64,000 nt of DNA from the NCBI GenBank assembly GCA_902777205.1, contig CACYSU010000001.1, positions 21,832 to 85,831 on the forward strand, in the 5' to 3' direction. The position numbers and the translations under genes are program-made. Of this stretch, positions 18,064 to 27,785 are shown in pieces. This stretch comes from an uncultured Rhodospirillales bacterium (GTDB lineage Bacteria > Pseudomonadota > Alphaproteobacteria > CAAGCB01 > CAG-977). Numbering within the stretch: the first letter of the stretch is position 1; each line of letters begins with the position of its first letter. Under the pieces are notes generated by a model, which had not been told where the DNA came from, did not search any database, and saw only the letters and a list, made by a program, of their open reading frames with translations.

Positions 18064-19242
18064 TTACACCCCGATCAATTCCGCGATTTTTTCGCTGACG
18101 ACGTTGGCGGCGTCAACAACAACCTTTTCCGTCAGGTGCGTGTATCGGTTCGTAATCGTGTTGATGTGATGCCCCAACAATCCCGCGATAATATTGTCAG
18201 AATATCCCAACGCCGCCGCCATTGACGCGAAACTGTGCCTTAAAGCGTGCAGGCAGAAGCCCGTTATCCCGATTTCCGGCTTGACGTGCGTCGCAAAATA
18301 CGCCGGCATTTTCGCCGTTACTTCGGGCTTGAAAAGGTTGCCCTCTGTCGGATCGCCGCTCCGTTCTTTCAAAAACAGCAGATACCTTTTCGCCGCGCTT
18401 CCGAACGGACGGTTTTGCGCTCCCGTCTTCGTGTCTGGAAAGCGAAACGCCTGATTGTCAAAATCGACATATTCCCACTTCAACGTCGTGATCTCGCTTC
18501 TGCGACACCCCGTCAACGCCAACAAAATAAAAATGCTCCTGACCGTTTCTTCCCGTTCGTGCTTGATTTGAAGAATGTTCCCGAACTTCACGAACCCTTT
18601 TTCGTCAAGGAAGACCATTCTTTTCGCCGTCGAAAGCGTGTCCAGTCTGATTGCCGGATTCATATCCGCCCAATCGTTGCGAATGGCGAACTCATACATC
18701 GAGCAAAGCGTCTTTCGCGCGTGATTTGCCGCCGCGACAAACTTGTGATCCGCCGGATAACCACGCCTGTCCATATAAGCTCCGCCCACCATATCGTTGT
18801 AGAACTTCTGAACGTCGGCGCGGCGCAACTCCTTGATAAAACGGTTCCCGAAAGCCGGTAAAATCTGACTTCTGACGGAAGCCGAATACACGGCGAAAGA
18901 AGACGCTTTGATGCGCGGCTTCCGGTCGGTCAGGAACTTGTCGGCAAGATCGGCGACCGTCATTTCTTTGCGCTTTTCGATTTTGTCGGAAGCGGGATCT
19001 TTGCCCTGAACGACCAAAGCCAGTATTTTCTTGGCTTCGTCGCGGGCTTGCGCCGGAGCGATCTGCGTCGTCTTGGCAATCGTGATTTTCTTTTGCTTGC
19101 CGTAAACGTTCCGATACATAACGATATAGCTTGCGGACGATTTGCCCACCCGCACGCCGAAACCTTTTAAAACGTCGTCAAAATAAGTCTTTTCCACGCC
19201 GTCAAACGTCAGGGAATTGATAAAAGTCTTGTTCAAATTCAT
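18064..19242 (-). CDS. int: Tyrosine-type site-specific integrase (P4-like, N-terminal arm-binding domain).
   Basis: 392 aa. N-terminal G-F-G-V-R-V is DUF4102-like. C-terminal HALRHSFASMAAALG...LLGH...TNRYTHL carries the R-H-R-Y catalytic signature. Confidence 0.9.
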   Translation of the reverse strand: MNLNKTFINSLTFDGVEKTYFDDVLKGFGVRVGKSSASYIVMYRNVYGKQKKITIAKTTQIAPAQARDEAKKILALVVQGKDPASDKIEKRKEMTVADLADKFLTDRKPRIKASSFAVYSASVRSQILPAFGNRFIKELRRADVQKFYNDMVGGAYMDRRGYPADHKFVAAANHARKTLCSMYEFAIRNDWADMNPAIRLDTLSTAKRMVFLDEKGFVKFGNILQIKHEREETVRSIFILLALTGCRRSEITTLKWEYVDFDNQAFRFPDTKTGAQNRPFGSAAKRYLLFLKERSGDPTEGNLFKPEVTAKMPAYFATHVKPEIGITGFCLHALRHSFASMAAALGYSDNIIAGLLGHHINTITNRYTHLTEKVVVDAANVVSEKIAELIGV

Positions 19243-19732
19243 AACTCATTACCTTTCATACCGCGGTAACGCCACGGTAACTTTGTGAAGGAATCGACTG
19301 AATGAAACAGCCTTTTCCCGAACACGCTTTCAAAGGAAATGAAAACAAGATATTCCAATAAAATCAATATGTTGGAAAACACTTTCCAACACGGGGGAAA
19401 ACAAATAAAAACAAGAAATCTTTTCTTTTCAAGAACTCCCCGAACCATCGCAGATGAATTCGGGGATGTTTCCCGTTTTGTTTGACGCAAAACGAATGAC
19501 GGCGCATCTCTGTGCCGATTGGATAAAAGGCTTTTGAAGACCCCGCGCCCGCTAAGGTGCTGTCCCGTTTATTACAACGGGCATGGGGTCAGTATAGTAA
19601 AATTCCGTTTTTTCAGGCAACAAAAAAATAATCGCCAAAGACGTGGATAAAATGGAAGATGATGTGGCCGGAAACATTCGGGCGGTATTTACGTATTCCA
19701 AAATTTTTCGGCACGGCGCGGAAAGGGGGCAT

Positions 19733-19766
19733 AAAAAAAGACTTTCCGCCCGAAAGCGGAAAGTCC
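19733..19766 (-). terminator. Rho-independent terminator of rpsA.
   Basis: On the minus strand, GGACTTTCCGC-TTTCGG-GCGGAAAGTC is followed by T7, 25 nt after the rpsA stop. Confidence 0.65.
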
Positions 19767-19791
19767 TTTTGATGTCGAAAGAAATCGAAAA

Positions 19792-21495
19792 TTATTTCTT
19801 TTCGGCTTCCTTCTTGGCGATCGCGGCGCCCAGAATGTCGCCCAGGGAAGCGCCGGAATCGGTCGAACCGAATTCGGACAAAGCTTCTTTTTCTTCGGCG
19901 ATTTCGCGCGCTTTGATGGACAAGGAGATTTTGCGGGTCTTCGCGTCGATCTGTGTGACTTTCGCGTCAACCTTGTCGCCGACGGCGAAACGTTCCGGAC
20001 GCTGTTCGGAACGGTCGCGGGACAGGTCGCCCTTGCGGATGAAGCCCTTGGAACCGTTGACATCGAGTTCGATGCCGTTGTCGGTGATCGCGGAAACGAC
20101 ACCCGTCACAACGTCGCCTTTCTTGATGTCGGAAACGGCGTCGGCGAACGGATCGTTCGACAGCTGTTTGACACCCAGAGAAATGCGTTCTTTTTCAACA
20201 TCGACATCCAATACTTTGGCTTTGATGACGTCGCCTTTCTTGTAGTCTTTGACGGCTTCTTCGCCGCTCTTGTCCCAAGACAGGTCGGACAGGTGCACCA
20301 TGCCGTCGATGTCGCCTTCCAATCCGACGAACAGACCGAATTCGGTGATGTTGCGGATTTCGCCTTCAATGACGGAACCGGCCGGATGTTTTTCAGCAAA
20401 CGCTTCCCACGGATTGGGCAGGCACTGTTTCAAGCCCAAAGAGATGCGGCGTTTCGCCTGATCGACGTCCAAAACCATGACTTCGACTTCTTGAGAAGTG
20501 GAGATGATTTTGCCCGGATGCGTGTTTTTCTTCGTCCAGCTCATTTCGGAAACGTGCACCAAACCTTCGACGCCCTGTTCCAATTCGATGAACGCGCCGT
20601 AGTCGGTGATGTTTGTCACGCGGCCGGTCAGCTTCGCGCCGACGGGGTATTTCTGTTCGACGCCGGCCCAAGGATCGGCTTCCAGCTGTTTCATACCCAG
20701 CGAAATGCGCTGCGTTTCGGGGTTGAAGCGGATGATCTGCACCTTGACGGGCTGACCGATCGTCAACGCTTCGGACGGGTGGTTGATGCGTTTCCAAGCG
20801 ATGTCGGTCACATGCAGCAAACCGTCAACGCCGCCCAAATCAATGAACGCGCCGTAATCGGTGATGTTCTTGACAACGCCGTCCAGAATCTGGCCTTCGG
20901 ACAAATTCTTGATCAGTTCGGAACGCTGTTCGACGCGGGTTTCTTCCAAAACGGCGCGGCGGGAAACAACGATGTTGCCACGGGCGCGGTCCATTTTCAA
21001 AATCTGGAACGGCTGCGGGGTGCCCATCAGGGGGCTGACGTCGCGAACCGGACGGATATCGACCTGCGAACCGGGCAGGAAAGCGATGGCGCCGGACAGA
21101 TCGACCGTAAAGCCGCCTTTGACGCGGCCGAAGATGACGCCGGTGACGCGTTCGCCGTTGGCCTGGGCTTTTTCCAATTCGTTCCAAGCTTCTTCGCGGC
21201 GCGCTTTTTCGCGGGACAGAACGACCATGCCGTCCTTGTCTTCGTAACGGTCGATGTAAACGTCAACCTTGTCGCCGACTTTCATTTCCGCGTTAAAGCC
21301 GAATTCGCGGCGGGCGATGCGACCTTCGGATTTCAAACCGACGTCGATCGTGACGAAATCGTCGTTCAAAGCAACGATCGTGCCTTTGACGACAGAGCCT
21401 TCCAGCCCTTTGTCTTCGCCGAACATTTCGTTGAACAGTTCAGCAAAATTTTCTTTCATCGCCGGAATTTCTTCGGCTGTAGTTTTAGTTACCAT
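19792..21495 (-). CDS. rpsA: 30S ribosomal protein S1.
   Basis: Six S1 domains. True start is ATG 21495 (MVTKTTAEEIPAMKENFAELF...). The ORF-track start at 21609 is an upstream in-frame extension. Confidence 0.95.
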   Translation of the reverse strand: MVTKTTAEEIPAMKENFAELFNEMFGEDKGLEGSVVKGTIVALNDDFVTIDVGLKSEGRIARREFGFNAEMKVGDKVDVYIDRYEDKDGMVVLSREKARREEAWNELEKAQANGERVTGVIFGRVKGGFTVDLSGAIAFLPGSQVDIRPVRDVSPLMGTPQPFQILKMDRARGNIVVSRRAVLEETRVEQRSELIKNLSEGQILDGVVKNITDYGAFIDLGGVDGLLHVTDIAWKRINHPSEALTIGQPVKVQIIRFNPETQRISLGMKQLEADPWAGVEQKYPVGAKLTGRVTNITDYGAFIELEQGVEGLVHVSEMSWTKKNTHPGKIISTSQEVEVMVLDVDQAKRRISLGLKQCLPNPWEAFAEKHPAGSVIEGEIRNITEFGLFVGLEGDIDGMVHLSDLSWDKSGEEAVKDYKKGDVIKAKVLDVDVEKERISLGVKQLSNDPFADAVSDIKKGDVVTGVVSAITDNGIELDVNGSKGFIRKGDLSRDRSEQRPERFAVGDKVDAKVTQIDAKTRKISLSIKAREIAEEKEALSEFGSTDSGASLGDILGAAIAKKEAEKK

Positions 21496-21915
21496 AAAAT
21501 TCAGATCCTTCACAAAAAGTGTATTCTTGCCGTCCGGTTGTGTCCGGAGGTCTGCACGTTGAAAACGACGAAGCCGCCCGTGCCTTGCGGTTTCGCGCCC
21601 TATATACACGAAAACGGGCTGTTTTGCAAGGGTTTTCGACGGAAAAGAAACGCTTTTCTTTTAAGCGAAAGTTTGATAAACTTTTTTTGTTCCCGAAAAC
21701 GGGAACAGGGCGTCAGAAACCCTTTTCAATAGTGGTCGCATACGTGTATGGCGACTGAAAAATTATACGCCGATTTCTGCCCAAGGGCGGGTGTCGGCGT
21801 CTATAAGGCTATGCGCGAAAAACGTCGAGCCGTCTTTGCTATTGAACGGTTTCTGAACACTCCGCCCACCTGCAGCAGGTGGGTTTTGTGTTTTTGACTT
21901 TAAGGAGTTTCGGAA

Positions 21916-22776
21916 ATGAAAAAGAAATATATCGCGTTCATGGCGTTGCCGTTGCTGTGCGGGTGTGCGTTAAACTCAAGAGATTTTGAGTACGTTCAAG
22001 GAAATTTATATGGAGAAAATTCGTCAATGGTTTCGGATACGATTGGTAAAAAAGATGAAATCATAGATATAGATAATGATGTTTTTAAAACTGATAAGAC
22101 GATTCTTTCATATATGCCGGAAGAAAACGGTTGCCGTTTTAAGCAAATTTACGGATATGTTAAGGAGGGAAATTATAGGGAAACTGATGTCAGAGAATTA
22201 TTTGTAGATACGCCGTGTGCAGAATTTGATTTCAAAAACTATGCAGAATATCTGAACGAAAAACGTGTAAAGAGACAAGTTGAGCTCTTTGAAAAAAATA
22301 AAGACGATAAAATGTTTGTTTCATTTTTAAAAAAAGGAAAAAATTGTGTCATAGACTTTTCTGCCGGTGTTGCTGAGAATGGAAAATATCGCGAAACGGA
22401 TGTAAAACGTGTGACTTTCGGTTCAAGAGACTGTAAAGGAATCATAGATGATTTTATTGTAGGAAATTGGAACTGGATCGATGAAAAAAAGATAAAACAT
22501 CCTGTCGAAAATGAGGACTTTTGGAGTCATAAAACGGCAGGAAAAACAGATAAAGCAGTTGTTTCCATGAAACAGGACAGAAGCAGTTGTGTCTATAGCA
22601 GATCTTACGGTTGGTCTTTGAATGGAAAATTTACGGAAACCGATTTCAAGCAAATCACGTTGGGAAATACACAATGCAGTTATGTACGCTCTTTGGTGAA
22701 AGGAAAACAAAATTCAATTTTTACAGACGGTGAACTTGAGAGCGAGATGAATCTGAAGCCCATTAAAAAGCCTTGA
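21916..22776 (+). CDS. Lipoprotein with three internal G-K/N-Y-R-E-T-D-V-containing repeats.
   Basis: Signal peptide plus lipobox L-L-C-G-C-A. Low GC. Repeat modules of about 80 aa. Confidence 0.6.
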   Translation: MKKKYIAFMALPLLCGCALNSRDFEYVQGNLYGENSSMVSDTIGKKDEIIDIDNDVFKTDKTILSYMPEENGCRFKQIYGYVKEGNYRETDVRELFVDTPCAEFDFKNYAEYLNEKRVKRQVELFEKNKDDKMFVSFLKKGKNCVIDFSAGVAENGKYRETDVKRVTFGSRDCKGIIDDFIVGNWNWIDEKKIKHPVENEDFWSHKTAGKTDKAVVSMKQDRSSCVYSRSYGWSLNGKFTETDFKQITLGNTQCSYVRSLVKGKQNSIFTDGELESEMNLKPIKKP

Positions 22777-22864
22777 ATAAATTTTTATGTTCTATGATGG
22801 CGGAGTGAAAACTCCGCCATTTAGAAATAACTAAAATGTCCGAAGTGTGTATTGCTGCTACGCT

Positions 22865-23350
22865 CTATATCAACACGCTCCACGCCTTTAGCTTGTCGTC
22901 AAACGACAAATGCGCGTTGGCGGGCGAGGTGGACGGCAGAGGGACGAGTGTCAGCGTGTTGGCAAACGGTGCGGTTTTGAACGCTTTTATAAAGCTGTCG
23001 TGCGCTTTTTGCCCGTTGAAAAACACGGTCTTTATCTGCGGATATTGTTTGAAAAAGCGTTCAAAGTCGTTCGGAACGGCGTTGCGGATATCGGAATCCA
23101 AACTGCCGTCGCGGGCGCAGGTCGAAATCACGTCCCACAGCGCGATGTGGCGCGACAAGAGCAAATTCAGCTTGTCGTCATACGAAGCGAACGGGTAGGG
23201 CGCGCCGAACAGCTTTGCCATAATCCGCCAGAACGCGTTTTGCGGGTGGGCGTAATACTGCGCTTGTTCCAGCGATTTTACCCCCGGCATCGACCCCAAA
23301 ATCAATTTGGTGCAGCCGGAATCAACGGACGGGGCGAAACATTCGGGCAT
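22865..23350 (-). CDS. UDG-superfamily DNA glycosylase (TDG/Mug or hypoxanthine-DNA glycosylase-like).
   Basis: GCTKLILGSMPGVKSLEQAQYYAHPQNAFWRIM matches the Mug/UDG motif-1 plus HPxNxFW pattern. Start taken at ATG 23350 to avoid overlapping the neighbouring gene. Confidence 0.65.
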   Translation of the reverse strand: MPECFAPSVDSGCTKLILGSMPGVKSLEQAQYYAHPQNAFWRIMAKLFGAPYPFASYDDKLNLLLSRHIALWDVISTCARDGSLDSDIRNAVPNDFERFFKQYPQIKTVFFNGQKAHDSFIKAFKTAPFANTLTLVPLPSTSPANAHLSFDDKLKAWSVLI

Positions 23351-23354
23351 GGCG

Positions 23355-23963
23355 TTATTTTCCGTTTTCGTTAAATAAATAAAGTTTGTTTTCAATAACT
23401 TCATTCATTAAGTAGCGCAATGTTTTTCTGCGGACATAAGCGTTAACAGTTCCATGATTGAAAAAAGGAGAGAGAAATATTAAGGGAAGCCACATTACAT
23501 CCTTGATTTTTTCAGGGGCGGTTATGGAATAAATTTCTTTATCGCCGGAAAAAACGAACATTGAAACATCTTTGTTGAAATAAATCCACATTGGAAATAT
23601 ACCCAATACAGCACCCCAAATTGCGCCATAGTTGTTTTGGTTTTCAATAGATGTTCCTGTTATTTTTACATCAAAATGCAAATGATATTTACTTTTATCA
23701 TTAAGTGTTGGTACATAATGCACTTTATTAAATAGGTTTGTTTCAGATAAATATTCCCTTATTTTTAATGTCATAGACGTGTAATCATAAAACTGTTCGT
23801 CGCCGGCTTGTTCATAATAGGATAGGGAAAATGTTATGTTTTTCTTTTGTTCCGCCGGTATGGATATGTTTGTATCTAATGAAACATTCGGGATGTATCC
23901 GGATGAGTATGTCGCGCATGAAAACAAGAGGGGTAAGATAAAGAATAAGCTGAAAAATCTCAT
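23355..23963 (-). CDS. Lipoprotein, hypothetical.
   Basis: Signal peptide with lipobox L-F-S-C-A. Low GC. Confidence 0.55.
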   Translation of the reverse strand: MRFFSLFFILPLLFSCATYSSGYIPNVSLDTNISIPAEQKKNITFSLSYYEQAGDEQFYDYTSMTLKIREYLSETNLFNKVHYVPTLNDKSKYHLHFDVKITGTSIENQNNYGAIWGAVLGIFPMWIYFNKDVSMFVFSGDKEIYSITAPEKIKDVMWLPLIFLSPFFNHGTVNAYVRRKTLRYLMNEVIENKLYLFNENGK

Positions 23964-23972
23964 GTTTCCGCC

Positions 23973-24464
23973 TCATTTTTTTTCTTTTGCCAAAAACAAG
24001 GCGAGCTGTTCATAAATATTTGTTTTGTACGATTGGTTTACATATTGGTATGAGTACGAAGTGGATGTTCCATAATATCTGTTATTTCCAACCGTTCCGG
24101 AATAATGGGAAAAGGTCGGGTTGGGGATCGTTAAAACATAGTTGTGTTCAGCTTCTTTTACTTTGGTTGATGAAAGAATAACGACAGTAGCCCCTTTTTC
24201 TTTCGCGGTATCAACGGCCAAGGCTCTGGCCGTCCATTCGTCTATGAAATGAGCGGAACCCAGCAGTATGTAGCCTTGATTTTTATATTCTTGAAAGCGT
24301 TCGGATAAATCCGTCGTTTCAATAACTTTGACAAAAGATTTTTTTGCCAAGGGATGCTCTTGCCGGTCAATGTTTTCGTCATTATAATAAATGGAGAAAT
24401 TATTTTTTTGACAAGCTGATAACAAGAACAGGCAACTGAAAAGGAAAAATGTCTTTTTCATCAT
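23973..24464 (-). CDS. Lipoprotein, hypothetical.
   Basis: Signal peptide with lipobox L-L-S-A-C. Low GC. Confidence 0.55.
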   Translation of the reverse strand: MMKKTFFLFSCLFLLSACQKNNFSIYYNDENIDRQEHPLAKKSFVKVIETTDLSERFQEYKNQGYILLGSAHFIDEWTARALAVDTAKEKGATVVILSSTKVKEAEHNYVLTIPNPTFSHYSGTVGNNRYYGTSTSYSYQYVNQSYKTNIYEQLALFLAKEKK

Positions 24465-24494
24465 TCATCCCTTGGCGATGATTGCGCAATCTTT

Positions 24495-25154
24495 TTATTC
24501 GTGGTTGATCGCGATAAAATCCAGCGCGGATTGGAAAGCCTGCACGGCGTTCATGTTCGACGTGTCCAGAACGCAAGCGTCTTCCGCGGGTTTCAAGGGG
24601 GCGGTCGCGCGTTCGGAATCGCGTTTGTCGCGCTCTTTGATGTCCGTCAAAATCTTGTCGTAGTCGGCGGGTTTGTTCGCGTCCTGCAATTCCTTGAAGC
24701 GGCGGTCGGCGCGGACTTCGGCGCTGGCGGTGACAAAGAATTTCACGTCCGCGTCGGGGCAGACGACCGTTCCGATGTCGCGTCCGTCCAGCACCGCGCC
24801 TTTGGCGGGGGTGCCGTCCTCGAAAAACGGGTGCGCGGCGAAATCGCGCTGCAGATCCAGCAAAGCCTGACGGACGGCGGGGATGACGGCAACTTTGGAC
24901 GCCGCGTTGCCCGTCGCTTCGTCGCGCAGGGCGGGATTTTTCAAAACGGCGTTGATGTTTCGCGGGTCGAACGCTTTGGCGGCGGCGGTCGCGGCGGTTT
25001 CGTCGGACGGGTCTTTGTTTTCCTGCAAAACGGCGTATCCGACGGCGCGGTACAGCCGTCCCGTGTCCAAAAAGGCGTAGCGGAAATGTTTGGCCAGATT
25101 CTGCGCCAAAGTGCCTTTGCCCGCGGCGGCGGGGCCGTCAATCGCGATAATCAT
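24495..25154 (-). CDS. cmk: Cytidylate kinase.
   Basis: MIIAIDGPAAAGKGTLAQNLA... P-loop. 219 aa. Confidence 0.9.
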   Translation of the reverse strand: MIIAIDGPAAAGKGTLAQNLAKHFRYAFLDTGRLYRAVGYAVLQENKDPSDETAATAAAKAFDPRNINAVLKNPALRDEATGNAASKVAVIPAVRQALLDLQRDFAAHPFFEDGTPAKGAVLDGRDIGTVVCPDADVKFFVTASAEVRADRRFKELQDANKPADYDKILTDIKERDKRDSERATAPLKPAEDACVLDTSNMNAVQAFQSALDFIAINHE

Positions 25155-26487
25155 GAATGTTTGCTCCTGCTTTGTTCATCAAAGAAATAAAATCCGGAAA
25201 GCTGGTGGCGATCGACGAAACGTCGTCCACCGCCACGGGGTTTTCCGCCGCCATGCCCATTACCAAAAAGGACATGGCGATCCGGTGATCCAGTTTTGCC
25301 TCAATCAATCCCCCGCCGCAAGGTTTTTTTCCGCCGCCGTGAATTCGTATGCCGTCCGTTCCTGTCGGCGCGCAATCGACGCCGTTCGCGCGCAGGCCGG
25401 TAAGAATGGCGTTGAAACGGTCGCTTTCCTTGACCTTCAATTCCGCAAGGCCGTTTAAAACCGTTTCCCCGCCGGCGAAAGCCGCGGCGACCGCCAGAAC
25501 CGGATATTCGTCAATCATGGACGGGGCAAGGCCGGCCGGCACGTTGACGCCGCGCAGCCGCGACGATTTCACGCGCAGGTTTGCGACGGGTTCGCCGGCG
25601 ACTTCGCGCGCGTTTTCATAAGAGATGTCCGCCCCCATTTCCTTTAAAACGGTCAGGATTCCGGTACGCAAAGGGTTTAAGCCGACGTTCGGAATTAAAA
25701 TGTCCGATTTTTCCGTGATCAGTGCCGCGACGATCGGAAAGGCGGCGGAGGAAATGTCCGCGGGTACGGTGACGGGACAGGCGCGCAACCGTTTGCCGCC
25801 GCGCAAAGTGATGATGTTGCCGCTGTCGGGATTCTTTTTAACCGATATGTCCGCGCCGAACGCTTTTAACATCCGTTCGGTGTGGTCGCGGCACGGGACG
25901 GGTTCAATGACGGTTGTCGGCGCCGTCTTTTCCAATCCCGACAGCAAAACGGCGGATTTCAGCTGCGCCGACGCGACCGGCAACGTATAGGTGAATGCTT
26001 CGCCGTTCGATCCGCCGCGCAGGGTGACGGGCAGTTTGCCGTCCGTCATTTCAAACGCCGCCCCCGTCAGGGTCAGCGGGTCGGTGATCCTTTTCATCGG
26101 GCGGGAACGCAGACTGGCGTCGCCGGTGAACGTGACGCGCAAGGGGCGGGGTGCCAGCAACCCCATCATCAGCCGCACGCCCGTTCCGGAATTTCCCATG
26201 TCCAAAACGGTGTCGGGCTGGGTGAAGTTTTCGACGCCCCGAACCGTCAGGCGATCGCCGGATTTTTCGATTTTCACGCCCAGTTTCCGCAGCGCGGCGG
26301 CGGTGTTCAGAACGTCTTCGCTTTCCAACAGTCCCTTGATTTCCGTCACGCCCGCGGCGATCGCGCCGAACATCAGGGCGCGGTGGGATACGGATTTGTC
26401 GCCTGCGACGGGGACGATGCCGGTCAGGCCGGTTGTTTTTTCAGAAAGCGCGCGCATAAAAAAATCACTTCTTTTTCCGTTTTTCAT
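25138..26487 (-). CDS. aroA: 3-phosphoshikimate 1-carboxyvinyltransferase (EPSP synthase).
   Basis: 449 aa. KSVSHRALMFGAIAAG... and LGNSGTGVRLMMGLL motifs. The start may instead be the internal ATG at 26457. Confidence 0.9.
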   Translation of the reverse strand: MKNGKRSDFFMRALSEKTTGLTGIVPVAGDKSVSHRALMFGAIAAGVTEIKGLLESEDVLNTAAALRKLGVKIEKSGDRLTVRGVENFTQPDTVLDMGNSGTGVRLMMGLLAPRPLRVTFTGDASLRSRPMKRITDPLTLTGAAFEMTDGKLPVTLRGGSNGEAFTYTLPVASAQLKSAVLLSGLEKTAPTTVIEPVPCRDHTERMLKAFGADISVKKNPDSGNIITLRGGKRLRACPVTVPADISSAAFPIVAALITEKSDILIPNVGLNPLRTGILTVLKEMGADISYENAREVAGEPVANLRVKSSRLRGVNVPAGLAPSMIDEYPVLAVAAAFAGGETVLNGLAELKVKESDRFNAILTGLRANGVDCAPTGTDGIRIHGGGKKPCGGGLIEAKLDHRIAMSFLVMGMAAENPVAVDDVSSIATSFPDFISLMNKAGANIHDYRD

Positions 26488-26556
26488 TTGACACGAATAA
26501 CGCTATCATGTCAAATCCGTCAAATAAAGATTTTTTGAACAAAGGAGATGTCTTTA

Positions 26557-26889
26557 ATGTCGAAACCTGAATGGGGAACAAAGCGTATCTGCCTGCAATG
26601 CGGCGAACATTTCTATGATTTGGGCAAAGATCCGATCAAATGCCCGAAATGCGGCGAAACCATGCCGGTTGACGAATTTCTGCGTTTGCAGGCCATGATG
26701 GCCGGCAAAGCCAAACGCGGCGGCAAAGGCAAAATGCACGAGGATTTGGAAAACATTTCGGCCGAAGACGCCGTTTTTGAAGACGCCGGCGACGATGAAC
26801 TGGAATTGATTGAAGACGCTTCCGATTTGGGCGACGACAATCACGATATGGCCGAAGTGATGGACAACGTTGAAAAGGGCGAGGAATAA
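26557..26889 (+). CDS. TIGR02300 (FYDLN_acid) family zinc-ribbon protein.
   Basis: C-x2-C...F-Y-D-L-G...C-P-K-C-G followed by an acidic C-terminal tail. ATG 26557 sits 9 nt after AAAGGAG. Confidence 0.7.
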   Translation: MSKPEWGTKRICLQCGEHFYDLGKDPIKCPKCGETMPVDEFLRLQAMMAGKAKRGGKGKMHEDLENISAEDAVFEDAGDDELELIEDASDLGDDNHDMAEVMDNVEKGEE

Positions 26890-26972
26890 TTTCACCCTTT
26901 CGACGGATTTAAAACTGGAAAACGGGACGGTCGGGTGATACCCTGACAAAGTGGATCGGTTTCTTTTAAACG

Positions 26973-27785
26973 GTGGGTCGTATGCTGTTTCGTCTGATTT
27001 TTATGACTGCGATGTTGGTCGCCGGCGGCGCGAAAGCCGCTTGTACGCTTGGTGAACAGGCGGAAAAATCAGGGCGGATCAACATCGCCTATATGCAGTA
27101 CATCTATTGCGCCGAAGAGGAAAACGACCCGCAGGCGCAATACCGGTTGGGGGCGATGTTCTATAAGGGAATCGGTCTGCCGCGTCCCGATTTTCAACGC
27201 GCCGTCGCGTTTTTCGCCCGCGCGGCCAACAACGGGTACGCGCCCGCGCAAACCAAGCTGGGGTTGCTGTATTGGCGCGGCGAAGGTGTGACCAAAGATT
27301 TGGTCATGGCGCACAAATGGCTGTATCTGGCGCAGGAACCGGCCGATATGCGTTGGTTCTACGTCGTCGCCGCGTCGCAGGACAGGCTGGCGCCGTCGCT
27401 TTACGCCAAATTGAACGCCGCGATCAAAACGGCGCATCCCGATTTGCCGGATTCCGTGCCTTTTTCATCGACGGTCGATTTGGGGGACGATGTTTTGCCG
27501 TCGTACAAAGAGGTCGCCGAATTCCAGCATGAAAACCTGATCGAAGCGGGTGAGGAAATGCTGGACGAACGGTCGCAGGCGGATTTGAACCGTTATTTGA
27601 ACGGGCTGCTGCCGGAAATCAACCCCCGTTTCCCCGCGGGTGTCGGCGACGCGGAAAAGGCGCGCGCCCGCCAGATGATTTTGGACTGGTTCAAACCGGT
27701 TTTGCTGACGACGCGGAATTTGACGCCCGCAAAGATTCCCGTGTTGGAAAAATTGAAAAACGAAATTGAACGGCCGGCTGAGTGA
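26973..27785 (+). CDS. Sel1-repeat (TPR-like) exported protein.
   Basis: Signal peptide. Sel1 repeats (AQYRLGAMFYKGIGLPRPDFQRAVAFFARAANNGYAPAQTKLGLLYWRGEG). Confidence 0.7.
   Translation: MGRMLFRLIFMTAMLVAGGAKAACTLGEQAEKSGRINIAYMQYIYCAEEENDPQAQYRLGAMFYKGIGLPRPDFQRAVAFFARAANNGYAPAQTKLGLLYWRGEGVTKDLVMAHKWLYLAQEPADMRWFYVVAASQDRLAPSLYAKLNAAIKTAHPDLPDSVPFSSTVDLGDDVLPSYKEVAEFQHENLIEAGEEMLDERSQADLNRYLNGLLPEINPRFPAGVGDAEKARARQMILDWFKPVLLTTRNLTPAKIPVLEKLKNEIERPAE

Larger units (their letters stand above)
7671..19242. mobile_element. Putative integrative mobilizable element / defence island, from tRNA-Gln to the P4-type integrase (low GC).
   Basis: A sharp GC drop starts at the tRNA-Gln 3' end. The segment contains two AlpA-like HTH genes, MobC plus a relaxase domain, a tyrosine integrase and defence-like cargo. 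I did not locate the right-hand att direct repeat. Confidence 0.5.

Noticed and set aside
19243-19640. Search for the attR direct repeat of the tRNA-Gln 3' end next to the integrase.
   Set aside because: I found no copy of GGTTCGAGTCCAGGTTCCCCAGCCA or a recognisable part of it by eye. There is only an unrelated CCCCGAA/TTCGGGG inverted repeat. The island boundary therefore stays unproven.
20293-21732. 479-aa ORF on the plus strand opposite rpsA.
   Set aside because: It is antisense to a confidently identified, highly conserved gene in GC-rich DNA. It is a low-complexity Arg/Gly/Ala-rich translation typical of spurious high-GC antisense ORFs.
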